A DNA stretch of 59,612 nt from Macrostomum lignano (GCA_002269645.1 NIVC01000098.1:1-59612); one strand, 5' to 3'. Numbered from the stretch's first letter, positions 15,483-27,861 are shown. The notes: generated by a model from the letters alone, not told the origin. Numbers and translations are program-made.

Positions 15483-15998
15483 ATGCTGCTCCGATTGCTT
15501 CCCCGTCTGCTTTTGCCGGCAGCGGCTCCGTCTGGCTGCTTCTGCAACAGTCATCGGGCGCTTGTTCGCAGGCCTGTCGCTGCCGCCACCGCCGCCGCCT
15601 ACTCCTCCAGCAGCACCGCGGCAGCTGACGCACCAGCCGGGCCGCCAGTCTCAGTAACAGTGATTGACAAGTCTGGCAAGGAGCACCAGGTATCCGGTCA
15701 GTCTGGCGAGAACCTGCTGCGCCTGCTCCAACGATACGAGCTGCCTGTTGAAGGCGCTTGCGAGGCCTCTCTCGCCTGCTGCACCTGTCACGTGTACGTC
15801 GATGCTCCAGATTCAGCCGATCTGTCCTCGGTGACCGAAGCCGAAGAGGACATGCTGGACATGGCGCCATTCCTGCGCGAGAACTCCCGGCTGAGCTGCC
15901 AGATTGTCCTGGCCGCCGGGCTCGATGGCATGCGCGTCACCCTGCCGCAGGCTACTAGGAACTTCTATGTTGATGGTCACGTGCCTAAGCCGCATTGA
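15483..15998 (+). CDS. FDX2: Mitochondrial [2Fe-2S] ferredoxin 2 (adrenodoxin-like), intronless
   Basis: Arg/Leu/Ala-rich transit peptide from ATG 15483; GACEASLACCTCHVYV, EEDMLD and SRLSCQ motifs; FDX2-type C-terminus TRNFYVDGHVPKPH. Confidence 0.95.
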   Translation: MLLRLLPRLLLPAAAPSGCFCNSHRALVRRPVAAATAAAYSSSSTAAADAPAGPPVSVTVIDKSGKEHQVSGQSGENLLRLLQRYELPVEGACEASLACCTCHVYVDAPDSADLSSVTEAEEDMLDMAPFLRENSRLSCQIVLAAGLDGMRVTLPQATRNFYVDGHVPKPH

Positions 15999-16119
15999 CT
16001 TCTCTTTAGTATTGCCTTGTTATTGGTGTGGTCTGTGTCCGTTTGATCGGGCGGGGGGGTTCGCGCCCCAATGACCTCATTATTATTACTCTCTCCGAGT
16101 GACACACTGATTGCTGAAT

Positions 16120-16851
16120 GACTCCTCAGTGACTCCGCTATGACTCCTGAATGACTCCTTAGTGACTCTCTATGATTCTCTAAGGACTCTCTAAGGACTC
16201 TCTAAGCACTACCTAAATACTCCCTAAGGACTACCTAATAAGGACTCTAAAGACTACTTAAAGACTCCCTAAGGACTACCTAAGGACTCTCTAAGGACTC
16301 CCTAAGGACTCCCTAAGGACTCCCTAAGGACTACGTAAGGACTCTAAGGACTACCTAAGGACTCCATAAGGACTACTTAAGGACTACCTAAGGACTACCT
16401 AAGGACTCTCTAAGGACTCCCTAAGGACTCTCTAAGGACTCTCTAAGGACTCCCTAAGGATTCTCTAAGGACTACCTAAGAACTCTCTAAGGACTTACCT
16501 AAGGACTCTCTAAGGACTACCTAAGGACTACCTAAGGACTCCCTAAGGACTACCTAAGGACTACCTAAGGACTACCTAAGGACTCCCTAAGGACTACCTA
16601 AGGACTCTCTAAGGACTCCCTAAGGATTCTCTAAGGACTACCTAAGAACTCTCTAAGGACTTACCTAAGGACTCTCTAAGGACTACCTAAGGACTCCCTA
16701 AGGACTCCCTAAGGACTACCTAAGGACTACCTAAGGACTCCCTAAGGACTACCTAAGGACTCCCTAAGGACTCCCTAAGGACTACCTAAGGACTACCTAA
16801 GGACTCCCTAAGGACTACCTAAGGACTCTCTAAGGACTACCTAAGGACTCT
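16120..16851. repeat. 11-nt minisatellite (TAAGGACTACC/TCCC/CTC variants)
   Basis: Visible periodicity between FDX2 and ZDHHC12. Confidence 0.9.
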
Positions 16852-17214
16852 CTTCTTCATTCATATTAAACGGGCCGATGGCATTCTTCATACGAGCGTA
16901 TGTTGCGTTGGCTTGAACTTTCAATTAATCAATTTTGTCTATCCCTATGACCATTTGATTTTCCCCGACATGATCGCCGTTTGAGCTTCCTGTCTGGGTT
17001 AGCTGTCACTCTATAGTGTTGTATTTATTCTAGATACCTTAGCCAGTCTAGCTGATCATCTGTTCATTATTTTCACACATATTTGAAAATATAACTAAAA
17101 CCCATTGTTGTACTTTGACTGCAGTATCTAGTTAATTATTTTGACAATATTTCTGTTGCTTCTCTCTCTCTCTCTCTAGTGAAAGTCGCTACTTAAAATA
17201 AATGTCATCCTGAA

Positions 17215-17550
17215 ATAATCGTCTCATAGAAATCGCCTCTTGAAAAAAAATCGCCTTATAGAAATCGCCTACAAAAATTGCCTCTGAAAATCGCCGCTAG
17301 AAATCGCATCTAGAAAACGCCTCTAGAAATCGCCTATAGAAATCGCCTCTAGAAATCGCCTATAGAAATCGCCTCTAAAAATCGCCTCTTGAAATCGCCT
17401 CTAGAGATCACCTCTTGAAATCACCTCTAGAAATCGCCTCTAGAAATCACCTATAGAAATCGCCTCTTGAAATCGCCTCTTGAAATCGCCTCTTGAAATC
17501 GCCTCTTAAAATCGCCTCTTGAAATCGCCTCTAAAAATCGCCTCTTGAAA
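17215..17550. repeat. 13-nt minisatellite (GAAATCGCCTCTA/T)
   Basis: Visible periodicity immediately upstream of ZDHHC12. Confidence 0.9.
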
Positions 17551-17575
17551 TAATCGTCCCAAGATAGCCGAGCAA

Positions 17576-19151
17576 ATGCCGGTCAGCAGCCGGCAGTGAT
17601 CCTCATTCGCCCCCTAATCCCCTGCTACTCCTGCTGACCAGCAGCGGTTCCCGCTTCGACCGACGCCGCGGCCGCCCTACCGGCTCCGGCCTCAGAGCTG
17701 TGCTGATCCGCCTCGGACACGCGGCCCTGTGCTTCGCCGTGTTAGCCAGCCTGCTGGCTCAGAAGTCCCAGCTCAGGCTGGCTCTGCTGCCGGACTCGCC
17801 CGGGCTGATTGGCGGCCTGGCTTATCTGGCTCTGTTCACTGTGTCGCTGCTGCTGTACTTTGTTACTAGCCTGATTGATCCGGGATATGTGTCCAACCAG
17901 CTGCATGCGGTACGTTGGGGCGCCCAGCAGCTGTGGGGTCAATTCGCTCAAGTATTGGGAACAGTTTCAGGGTAGTAGAAGTCGATCGGAGTGGAGAGTA
18001 GTGGATCACGTGGGAGTGAAGTAGATCACGGTGGAGGGGAGGGGACTAGGTCACAGGGGAGGGAAGTAGATCACAGGGGAGGGTAGTAGATCGCAAGGGA
18101 GGGTAGTAGATCACAGGGGAGGGTAGTAGATCGCAAGGGAGGGTAGTAGATCACAGGGGAGGGTAGTAGATCGCAAGGGAGGGTAGTAGATCACATTGGA
18201 GGGAAGTAGATCACAGGGGAGGGTAGTAGATCACAGTGGAAGGAAGTAAATCACAGGGGAGGGTAGTAGATCACGGGGGAGGGAAGTAGATCATAGGGGA
18301 GTAAAGTAGATCACAGGGGATGGAAGTAGATCGCAAGGGAGGGTAGTAGATCACGGGGGAGGGAAGTAGATCACAGGGAGGGTAGTAGATCGCAAGGGAG
18401 GGTAGTAGATCACAGGGGAGGGTAGTAGATCACAGGGGAGGGTAGTAGATCACAGGGGAGGGTAGTAGATCACGGGGGAGGGAAGTAGATCACAGGGGAG
18501 GGAAGTAGATCACAGGGGAGGGTAGTAGATCGCAAGGGAGGGTAGTAGATCACAGGGGAGGGTAGTAGATCGCAAGGGAGGGTAGTAGATCACAGGGGAG
18601 GGTAGTAGATCACAGGGGAGGGTAGTAGATCACGGGGGAGGGAAGTAGATCACAGGGGATGGAAGTAGATCGCAAGGGATGTTAGTAGATCACAGAGGAG
18701 GGAAGTAGATCACAGGGGAGTGAAGTAGATGCTGTTTGCAATATCTATCTCCCTAATCGCCAGCAATCTGGCAACGGGCGACTGACTTCTCCGCCGTCCG
18801 ACGGCGAGGACGACGCCGACGATGGCGACGGTCGCGACTTGCCGGCGAGTCGGCGATCGCTGGAGCTGCGCTTCTGCCGCTACTGCCTGATCGAGCAGCC
18901 GCTGCGGGCCAGGCACTGCGAGGACTGCGGCAGGTGCGTGTCCAGGTTCGATCACCACTGCCCTTGGGTGGAGAACTGCATCGGCGAGAGGAACCACGCC
19001 ACCTTCCTGGCCTTCCTGCTGTGCCAGTCCGTCTGCATCTGGTGGACCGTGTTCTATGTTTGGTGAGCTGGCAGGTGTTTTCTGAGCTGTCTGTCTGTCT
19101 ATCTGTCTGTCTATCTGTCTGTCTGGCTGTCTGCCTGTCTGTCTGTCTGCC

Positions 19152-19200
<49 letters not shown>

Positions 19201-19211
19201 GGCTGTCTGGC

Positions 19212-19264
<53 letters not shown>

Positions 19265-19828
19265 TAGTGTCTGTCTGTCTATCTGTCTGTCTGCCTGTCT
19301 GTCTGTCTGTCTGCCTGTCTGTCTGTATATCTGTCTGTCTGCCTGTCTGTCTGTATATCTGTCTGTCTGCCTGTCTGTCTGCCTGTCTGTCTGTCTGTCT
19401 GCCTGTCTGTTTTTTTGTTTTTCCATCCGTCTGTGTGAGCCTTTCTCTGTCCCGGACTCACTCAGTCTTATCTCCCCGATCACTCGGATTCGCTCCACAG
19501 GCGGTCCATTCACACCAGGACGAGTGCCCTCAGCTGGCTGGCGGCCAACTGGGCCTATACGGCGGACATGCTGGTGCTGGTTCTGGCTGGCCTGCCGCTG
19601 GCTTTCCTCACCATGTTCCACTGCTACCTGGCCTGCAGCAACACCACCACCTGGGAGCGAGTCTCCCGCGAGCGGATCAGCTACCTCAAGCACCTGGCCG
19701 AGACCTACAATCCGTTCCATGAGGGCTACTGCGTTAATTGCTTCAGATTCTGCTGTTCGCGATTCCCCTACCGATGGGACATTGTGTACTCGAGGGCCAG
19801 TATGGACACTGAGCTGCCGGATGTGTAG
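17576..19828 (+). CDS. ZDHHC12: DHHC palmitoyltransferase, ZDHHC12-like; exons 17576-17595 (tentative), 17642-17909, 18764-19062, 19501-19828
   Basis: LIRLGH...[16 protein letters not shown]-terminus; [49 protein letters not shown]; TTWE motif. All GT-AG junctions preserve frame; the first exon is inferred. Confidence 0.88.
17995..18729. repeat. 20-nt purine-rich minisatellite (GGGGAGGGTAGTAGATCACA) in ZDHHC12 intron
   Basis: Visible periodicity. Confidence 0.9.
19087..19409. repeat. (GTCT)n compound microsatellite in ZDHHC12 intron
   Basis: Seen directly. Confidence 0.95.
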
Positions 19829-19835
19829 CCGCAAT

Positions 19836-20100
19836 GTACTCTGATTTTCCCTTCCCGCCCCGCCCCCGCTATGTACACTGATTGTCCCTTCCCGCCCCGC
19901 CCCGCTATGTACACTGATTTCCCTTCCCGCCCGCCCCCGCTATGTACACTGATTGTCCCTTCACGCCCCCGCTATGTACACTGATTGTCCCTTCCCTTCC
20001 CGCCCCCGCTATGTACACTGATTTAACTTTCCCTTCCTGCTTCACCCCGTAATGTACAGATAGTCCTGACCAGCCCCGCCCCCAATGTACACTGACTGAT
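19836..20100. repeat. ~35-nt degenerate repeat (TATGTACACTGATT...CCCGCCCCC) just 3' of the ZDHHC12 stop
   Basis: The TGTACAC anchor recurs about every 31-37 nt. Confidence 0.8.
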
Positions 20101-20988
20101 AGTATTGACCAGCCACGCTTGTCGCAACGCTCAGCAGATTTTACAAAGATCAAACTGGTTGATTTGGTGGTTGGCAGTTAATCTGATAGACAAAAGTACA
20201 ACGCAATAAATGCCCTCGTGACACCTACTTTGTTCGTCCATATATTGTCTAAAGATTGTCGCTGTTTGTCTAAAGATTACTGTAGAATTAAGAATAATAT
20301 ATAATGTACAAGTTGTTGTGAGTAGCTACCTTCGTTTCTTCCCACGCTTATTAAGCAAAACTGTTCGATCCGAATAAAAAATTATACTAACATTGTAATG
20401 CATTTTATGTTCAGCGTACACACACATTGCCTGACGTATTTTTACTGCCCACTTTGTATAGCATCTTTACTCGTGTATCCTGGCACTTATTATGTGTAAA
20501 AAACAAAAAAATATTTATGATAATTGGCGCAATTCATTGTTATTTGTTGTTGGCTGTAGTTGAACCTCTTGTTACAAGCCTCTTTACTACTATAAGTAAT
20601 ATAAGAGTATATAGTGCGCAAAACCAGACAATTTTTATTGCTAACGAAAACAGCCTTCAAGAGACTGAAACTTGAATAAATTAAATACAAGAATCTGTTT
20701 AATCAAAGCCACAATTTATGATAGGAAATGAACGACTGCGGCTTAAGTAATCACTGCCAACACACGATTGGTTTATTAAAGCAACTTTTTTATTTACTTC
20801 TCAATTCGCGCTGTCGCACAGCTGGCCAAACGAACGAATTTTATAACATTAATTCACCGTGTTATTTGCGATAAGCTAAATGCCGAAATATTGAAAACGA
20901 CCGGCCGATTGCGAATGATTTATGACATTATTTTAATTGGCAACAACCAACTGAAGAGCTTGCAGTTCACCTAATAACAGTGGCCAGG

Positions 20989-21363
20989 TTAAGCATCCTT
21001 GATCAGCTTGTCCACTGCGTCAATCTTGCGCTTAAGATTGTCCCACTGCTCCAAGGTTAGGGCGATGCCCTTCTTGCCGGGCTTCAGCTCGCCCGAGCTC
21101 TTGTCCTCGTAGAATTCGCGAATATCAACAAAAAATCGGCCGTGAAAATTGCTTAGAGACACGAAGCGACGGTTGCCAATAGTAACGCGCTTCTCGTCCG
21201 GGTCCTCGTTGTCGCTGTTGGCCGGGCGCTTGCGTTTGTCGCCGGCCTTGGCCTGCTGCTTGCTGTTGGCCCCTCCGGTGGCGGCGGCCTTCTTGGCGGC
21301 CGGCGGCTTTGGCTTGATCTCGTCTTCAACCGATGAGAGAGACGAGCTGTCCGAGTCTGACAT
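20989..21363 (-). CDS. SUB1: Transcriptional coactivator PC4/SUB1 (ssDNA-binding), intronless CDS, 124 aa
   Basis: Ser/acidic N-terminus, Lys-rich linker and PC4 domain IGNRRFVSLSNFHGRFFVDIREFY...KPGKKGIALTLEQW; ATG 21363 chosen because the ORF upstream runs into a tandem repeat. Confidence 0.95.
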   Translation of the reverse strand: MSDSDSSSLSSVEDEIKPKPPAAKKAAATGGANSKQQAKAGDKRKRPANSDNEDPDEKRVTIGNRRFVSLSNFHGRFFVDIREFYEDKSSGELKPGKKGIALTLEQWDNLKRKIDAVDKLIKDA

Positions 21364-21408
21364 GCCGGGGCGCCTTCGAGGGATCGCACTGCAATGTTGA
21401 CGGGGATC

Positions 21409-21884
21409 GGTCATCTGGTGGCTCATCCAGCTACCCTATTGGTCATCTGGTGGCTCATCCAGCTACCCTATTGGTCATCTGGTGGCTCATCCAGCTACCC
21501 TATTGGTCATCTGGTGGCTCATCCAGTTACCCTATTGGTCATCTGGTGGCTCATCCAGCTACCCTATTGGTCATCTGGTGGCTCATCCAGCTACCCTGTT
21601 GGTCATCTGGTGGCTCATCCAGCTACCCTATTGGTCATCTGGTGGCTCATCCAGCTACCCTATTGGTCATCTGGTGGCTCATCCAGTTACCCTATTGGTC
21701 ATCTGGTGGCTCATCCAGCTACCCTATTGGTCATCTGGTGGCTCATCCAGCTACCCTATTGGTCATCTGGTGGCTCATCCAGCTACCCTATTGGTCATCT
21801 GGTGGCTCATCCAGCTACCCTATTGGTCATCTGGTGGCTCATCCAGCTACCCTATTGGTCATCTGGTGGCTCATCCAGCTACCC
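21409..21884. repeat. 32-nt near-perfect minisatellite (GGTCATCTGGTGGCTCATCCAGCTACCCTATT), ~15 copies
   Basis: 32-nt period (e.g. 21441, 21473); no spacers. Confidence 0.95.
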
Positions 21885-22334
21885 GATTTAAAGGTCAGGA
21901 TAGGTTTTAACTTCGTCAAATAAAAAAACATCTAGGGTATGTGAGTGAAAAACAGGCAAGCCTACAAAAGTGTAAAAGCTTGAATGTTTATTAACTGCTG
22001 CCAGAGTATAAGCTACTCCAACACTCCAGCAGTGAATATATACGACTCAAAAGTAGCGAAAAATGAAATAATGAATATGAAAAATAACAATGAATTACTG
22101 TTTGGATGAAATTATTGTTGAATTAACTCGATAATGAACATTGTAAACAATATTTATAACTGGCTTGGATGAATTTGGATGAATATTAGAGTTAAAAAAT
22201 GAATGAATGCTTGAATCAATCAGTTCAGCCCCGCTATAGAGCTCCTTGGAGACTGGAGTATAATATATGAAAAATATAAACACCAACCCCATCCACAATT
22301 CACAGTGGTCACACACTTTGCTCCTCTATTCACA

Positions 22335-22700
22335 CCGATCTTACAACCCCTGATCCACTATTCACAGCGGTCACAAAACCCACGATCCCATATTTACAGC
22401 GGTCACACGAACTCCGATCCCCTTTTCACAGCGGCTAAACAAACTCCGATCCCCTATTCACAGCGGCTAAACAAACTCCGATCCCCTATTCACAGCGGCT
22501 AAACAAACTCTGATCCCCTTTTCACAGCGGTCACAAAACACCCGATTCCCGATTCCCTATTCACGGGGTCACACACCCCGATCACCTATTCACAGCGGTC
22601 ACAAAACCTACGATTCCTTATTCACAGCGGTCACAAAACCCACGATTCCCTATTCACGGCGTTCACAACCCCCTCCCCTATTCAAGGCGGTCACACAACC
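22335..22700. repeat. ~30-nt degenerate minisatellite (TATTCACAGCGGTCACAAAACCC...) in the QDPR 3' flank
   Basis: The TTCACAGCGG anchor recurs. Confidence 0.8.
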
Positions 22701-22713
22701 AGCCGTTAAGCAG

Positions 22714-23762
22714 TTAAGCGGCCGTCACCGGCTTCACCTCGGTGACGGAGTCCCGCGTCACCAACGCTAGCAAACTGCCTGACGGCGGTCTGGCGTCCTT
22801 GTCAACCAGCCAGCTGTGCAGCAGGTCGGCCACGAACTCCAACGGCGTCCATCCGCTAGCCTTGGCGTCGCCCATTGCTCGCCGATTCGCCGGCGTGTCA
22901 AGCGTAGCCGGCAGCAGAGCCAGCACGGTGGCGCCCTCGGGCAAGCCGGATTTTGGCGCGGCCAGCGAAGCGGTCAGCTGATGGACGGCCGCCTTGGCCA
23001 GGCCGTAGCCAATCATGCCGGGAGTGGCGCCACCGGAGGCCGCGGCCTGTGCGCCGGACAGCGTCAGCAGACCCCCTGGGCGGAGGTAGCGGCTGGCCAG
23101 ACGGGCGGCAATAATGCTGCTCCATATGGACTGCTGCAGCACCTGGAGAGGTTGGGAGGATTTGAGGACATTCTATGAGCAATTCTCTGAATCTCATTGG
23201 TTACCGGCGTTAAGAGGGTTAGTCGTTCACAAAATCGGAGCTATTCTGTTCTCTGCTATACCGGTATGTAGTTATGTCTGTCTGTCTGTGTCTGTCTGTC
23301 TGGCTGATTGAAAGCTTGGGGGCGATTCTCAAATGACCTTGGAAGCGAATCTCGGATGATTTAGTTCTCTGTCAAGAATGGTGAAGATTGTATAACGATG
23401 AATCGGAGACCCATTATAATTAATGAATATGGAGCAGTTCAGCGTCTCACCAATTCGCAGTTGCGCACAAAATTCTTGCTAGCTGCATTGCCGCCAGCCC
23501 AGCCGCCAGCAACGCATAGGATGGCATCGAGACTGTGCGGTGACAGGCCGTCAATAATGCCAGCCGAGGACATCACGGCGGCCTCCTGTTCGGTTAGCGA
23601 CTGAGCAGATCGTGGCGCCACAATGCAAGCGTCCGATTGGTCATTGTGCTGCAGATCCACAGTGCAAACCCAGCAGCCAGCTGAGCGCAGCTTGGCCACG
23701 CACTGGCTGCCAAGGGCGCCACGACCGCCGTACACCAGCACTCGATAGGCAGCGGAAGCCAT
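22714..23762 (-). CDS. QDPR: Dihydropteridine reductase; exons 23762-23451 and 23142-22714
   Basis: VLVYGGRGALGS NAD-binding motif, CVAGGWAGG, GMIGYGLAKAAVHQL (YxxxK), LDTPANR; phase-0 GTGAGA...CTCCAG intron. Confidence 0.95.
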
Positions 23763-26147
23763 GTATACACTTGTGTTCTCTAATTAAAAACTAGATTGCT
23801 AATTTCTCTGAAACTGCTGGCTAAAAATAGCTGAAACAAAATATTTACAGTTGCTATAGGTGGCATGCTTCTTTTGAAAAAAAAAATCTTAGAAGAAAAA
23901 TTAATATTCTTATTTTTATTGCATTTTTTAATACTCTACACTTTGGTGCTTAGTTATACTGTATGCTGGAGTGTTAGTGACTATATAGGTTAATTTACTT
24001 GATGCTTTTTGTTTTATATGTTGCATTGATACTATTTAACAATTATGCAATAATTGCATAAAAATTTCATAGTACACAATGTTTTGTTATATTGCTAAAA
24101 ACTAGCTAATGTTTCTATGAAACTATGCTTGCAAAACATTAATGAATGTCTATTGAAAATGTGTTACTATACTACCATTTTTTGTTTTAGCTTTTAGCTT
24201 TTATTTTTGGGTTGGTATACATGCTTGAGTGCAACCTAGGGATTCACCTGGCCATTTCTATTGGCAACACACACAAGTAAGTCACTATTGGACAGAATAG
24301 TAGTCAGGTGACTACTAAGTAATTCATAAGGTTGCACATATATGTTGGTATACAAAATTTTTTATAGTTTAGCATAGAGGTTAGACAAACACCTTTATTA
24401 TGCTATGCGCATGCATAAAATTTTGTGATTTAATTTTTGTCAAGCATGATTATGATTGTGATTGTGAAAATTATTGCCAATGTCATTTGCTAATCACTAA
24501 TCACTAATAAAGCTAAATACTTAAATAAGACAAAGCTAAAAAACTAAAAATAGCCATTCTTTTTGTACATATAAAAAATAACAATAATAAAGTTTGTGCA
24601 CCTGTTGTTAAAAATCACAACCTTTAATTTGTAAAAAACATTGAAATTTTTGGGGTGTATCATTTTTCCAAAATCTCTTAATATGGGTGGCACTAAAATG
24701 AGTTGAATTTTTGGCACTAATTTGATTATTTTAAATTTAGTATGCTTAAAATATTAGAGATTTAGTATATTTAGATATTGATGTCTAGGTAATCTACACT
24801 ATATTTAGAATTTTGGTATTTACCTGAAGACTCTTTATTTTACTCTATTTTATATATATATATATATCTAGAAACAGGAGGCATGGCATGGCAAAGTGGT
24901 AAGAGATGCAGCGTAGTGTGGCAAAGTGAAGCACCACCCCCCATAGTCTATTATCCTTCTTTGGGTGCCACTGTGGTGTAGTTAGGGTGGGCATCTAGCA
25001 TACCTAAGCCATGGGCTGCGATAGGGTTAACTATTGCCAAGGTATAATCAATATAAAGAGAGCAAAGGGCAAATCCAAAAAAATTTAGAGGGAAGGGCCA
25101 AGCTATACCAAGCATTATAACCCAATATTGAAAAATAGACCAAAATAGACCTTGCATAGTATAGTCATGGGCAAAAAAATTATGGCCTATATTTATTGCC
25201 CATGGCTAAGGAAAGGGGCCATGGCCTCCTTGCCTCCCCTTTTCCTTAGATCTACCCCTAACTGATAAAGGAGATTATATTATCAATTAACAAATACTAT
25301 TACTATATTTGGCAATCTAGTTTGCTACATTAATTTATTTTTCATTTTTTTCACATAGATAATTAAATAAGTGGAATAAAATAGGACACAAGGTAGCCTA
25401 AGACATGACTAGCAATAGCTATCAATAAACTGGGCTTCACCTTGTTACTGTTATTGCATAGCTAGAGTTTTAGGACATCATTTATAGACCCAAGAAGAAT
25501 TTCTTAAGAGCCCATATATAGCCAACTAGCAAATAGTCAATATCTCATTGGCCATTAGTGGCACAAGCTCTTATAAGTTAATATTGATGTCAATGAGCTT
25601 AGCAGTCAGCCTTAGGTTGGCTTTAGAGACAATTGTAGTAGGCACTCTAGGTGTTCTAACCATTACAAAATCAATACATTGGCTAAAGTCTAAAGAGTTA
25701 ACTAAAAAAAATGATTTAATGCAATAAACTAGAAGATTACCTTATAATAACAAAATTGATGCAAAGTTTTGTAATGAACAAAGAAATAATGTAATGAATA
25801 CAAGTTAATTGCTATTGATTTTGCTATTTTGTTAACATTTAAGTAATCACTAGGCCTAATTTTAAAAACTTTTGATCAAAAGACCTGTTCTCAATTCTCA
25901 TGTTTTTAGGGTTGGGATCCTGGTCCCATGGGAATATAATTTTCCTCGGGATCCCAGGAGGCGGGATTTTGGGATCAGGATTGGGATCCTATCTGACCTC
26001 TAGCTAAAACAAAAAGACCCTAAAGAAGAATCAGTCAGTCTAGTGCAATTGTTAAGCAAATTTTGAGTTTTGTCTTATTGTAAAGTCTATAGCTATAGCT
26101 TTTAGGCTTAATAATTTCATTTTATAGGATTTAATATTGACTGGGCC

Positions 26148-26761
26148 GGCAATCTTTTACTTTATTGTGTTTAATTTTTTAATGGTTCTTTTTAAATTTC
26201 AGAACATAAAGATGGTAGGAGGATAAAAGGTAAGTGTATTTAGGTAAAGGTAAGGTAAGTCAATTAGTCAGTAATAATGAGCCACCCAGTACAGGAAGTT
26301 GCCAAACTCCTTTCTAGGCCAGAGATACTCGCTGAGATGGCTTTCAAACAGAGCTTCGGAAGTGCCATGCATCACCCCAAAACTTTGCCTTGACATGGGC
26401 CCACAACCCCTCAATGGTATTTGTGTGGATTGATAGGTCATTAGGGTCAGCAAAATGGAGTCAATGATTCACGACATCATGGTTCTGCAAGCCATTGTAG
26501 GCCTGCCATCCATCAGTAATAATCCGAGTGCCTGGAAGAACGTGCTGCTGGATGATTGGTAGGCCCTAGCAGCGTAGCAGCATCGCGGCTTGGCACAGGC
26601 ACCATCATGGCCTTGTTGGTGCCACGCTCCACCATGCTGGCCTTAGATTGGCCATGGGCACAATCATTGTGGGCGCAGAGGGCCTTCCAGCCATCAGTAA
26701 GTTGGCATAAATGAGAAAGAAAAGTGAAAAATAATTAAACGCAGTAAAGTAAAAGATTGCC
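26148..26761 (-). mobile_element. Internally deleted Merlin element (614 bp) carrying a C-terminal transposase fragment
   Basis: 29-bp TIRs GGCAATCTTTTACTTTA... (26148-26176, 26733-26761); perfect 8-bp TSD ACTGGGCC (26140-26147, 26762-26769); translation includes VPSRDAATLL, PIIQQHVLPGTRIITDGWQAY, HTNTIEGLWAH, HGTSEALFESHLSEYLW. Confidence 0.9.
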
Positions 26762-27861
26762 ACTGGGCCTATTATATTTTAATAATTTTTATTTTTATAA
26801 CACTAACAGTTTAGTAGATATTTATTAGAGCAATTTAGTGCACAAAAAATTCAAATCAATTCTAACAATGTAACTAGATCTAAAATTAGTAGACTTAAAA
26901 TAGCTGTATATTACTATATATTAATTTTAACAAGATGTTAGTGTTTGGCCTATCTTCACTTCAACTTTGAGATTCCTTCTTTGTCATTTATCTTTTAAAC
27001 TTAACTCAATATTGTTATTTGGATTGTGTTCTAAACATAGACTAGACCTACTGTTTGGATTAGATCAGCACTAGGCCTAGCCGATTTTTTTAGATTTCTA
27101 GACTAGGTTAGTAAAAATCAATCCTTTATATTACAAATATAAATAATAATAAATGAGTTAATTAGGCCTAATATAAATAATTTGTAATATAAATAATAAT
27201 AAATGAGTTAATTAGGCCTAATTAGAAATTGCTGCAATTACGTCTTTAGACAAGATTAATTTAAGAACAAACTTAGACTTAAACACAACTTCAGGCATTT
27301 GATTCGAGTAGCCTGGATTGAATTCAGGATTTATTGTCGTTTTACCAATTTTTGTTTGAGGGCGGACGAGTCAATTGATACGCGCGCGCGATCACCCAGC
27401 CGCGCGATCCACCATTCCAGTTCAAATTAGCGCTATCTTTCAGACAATAGGTTAAACAAAAAGGAACGGGCTTTTCACAATTCCAGAACCAAAATCGGTG
27501 TGGATCTTCCAAGAAAAAAGCAGTATAATTATTTAACTTTGTTGAATGTTTGACTGCCCTAACAGCCTCATTTTGCACGATTTTTCACTTTCTTGGCTAT
27601 TTCCATTCAATAATTACAACTTAAAAGCACTTATATCCCTTTAGTTTAGGAGTCAAAAAGTTATACTTTGCAATATGGATCTGGTTCTAGAACCAGAACA
27701 AGCGATACGAAAAGGCCTTAGAGCAACTAAAAAACTGTTATATAATCTCTGAACATCAGAATGCAATTGAATAAGTCAGGTAGATCTAACTCTGAAGCGC
27801 TGTGTGATCGTACACGTAACGGCCAAATTTTCGCGATATCCCAAGTGATATTTGGTCTGAG

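Noticed and set aside
21409-21884. 32-nt repeat array as a CRISPR array
   Set aside because: Repeats are head-to-tail with no unique spacers, there are no cas genes, and the context is eukaryotic.
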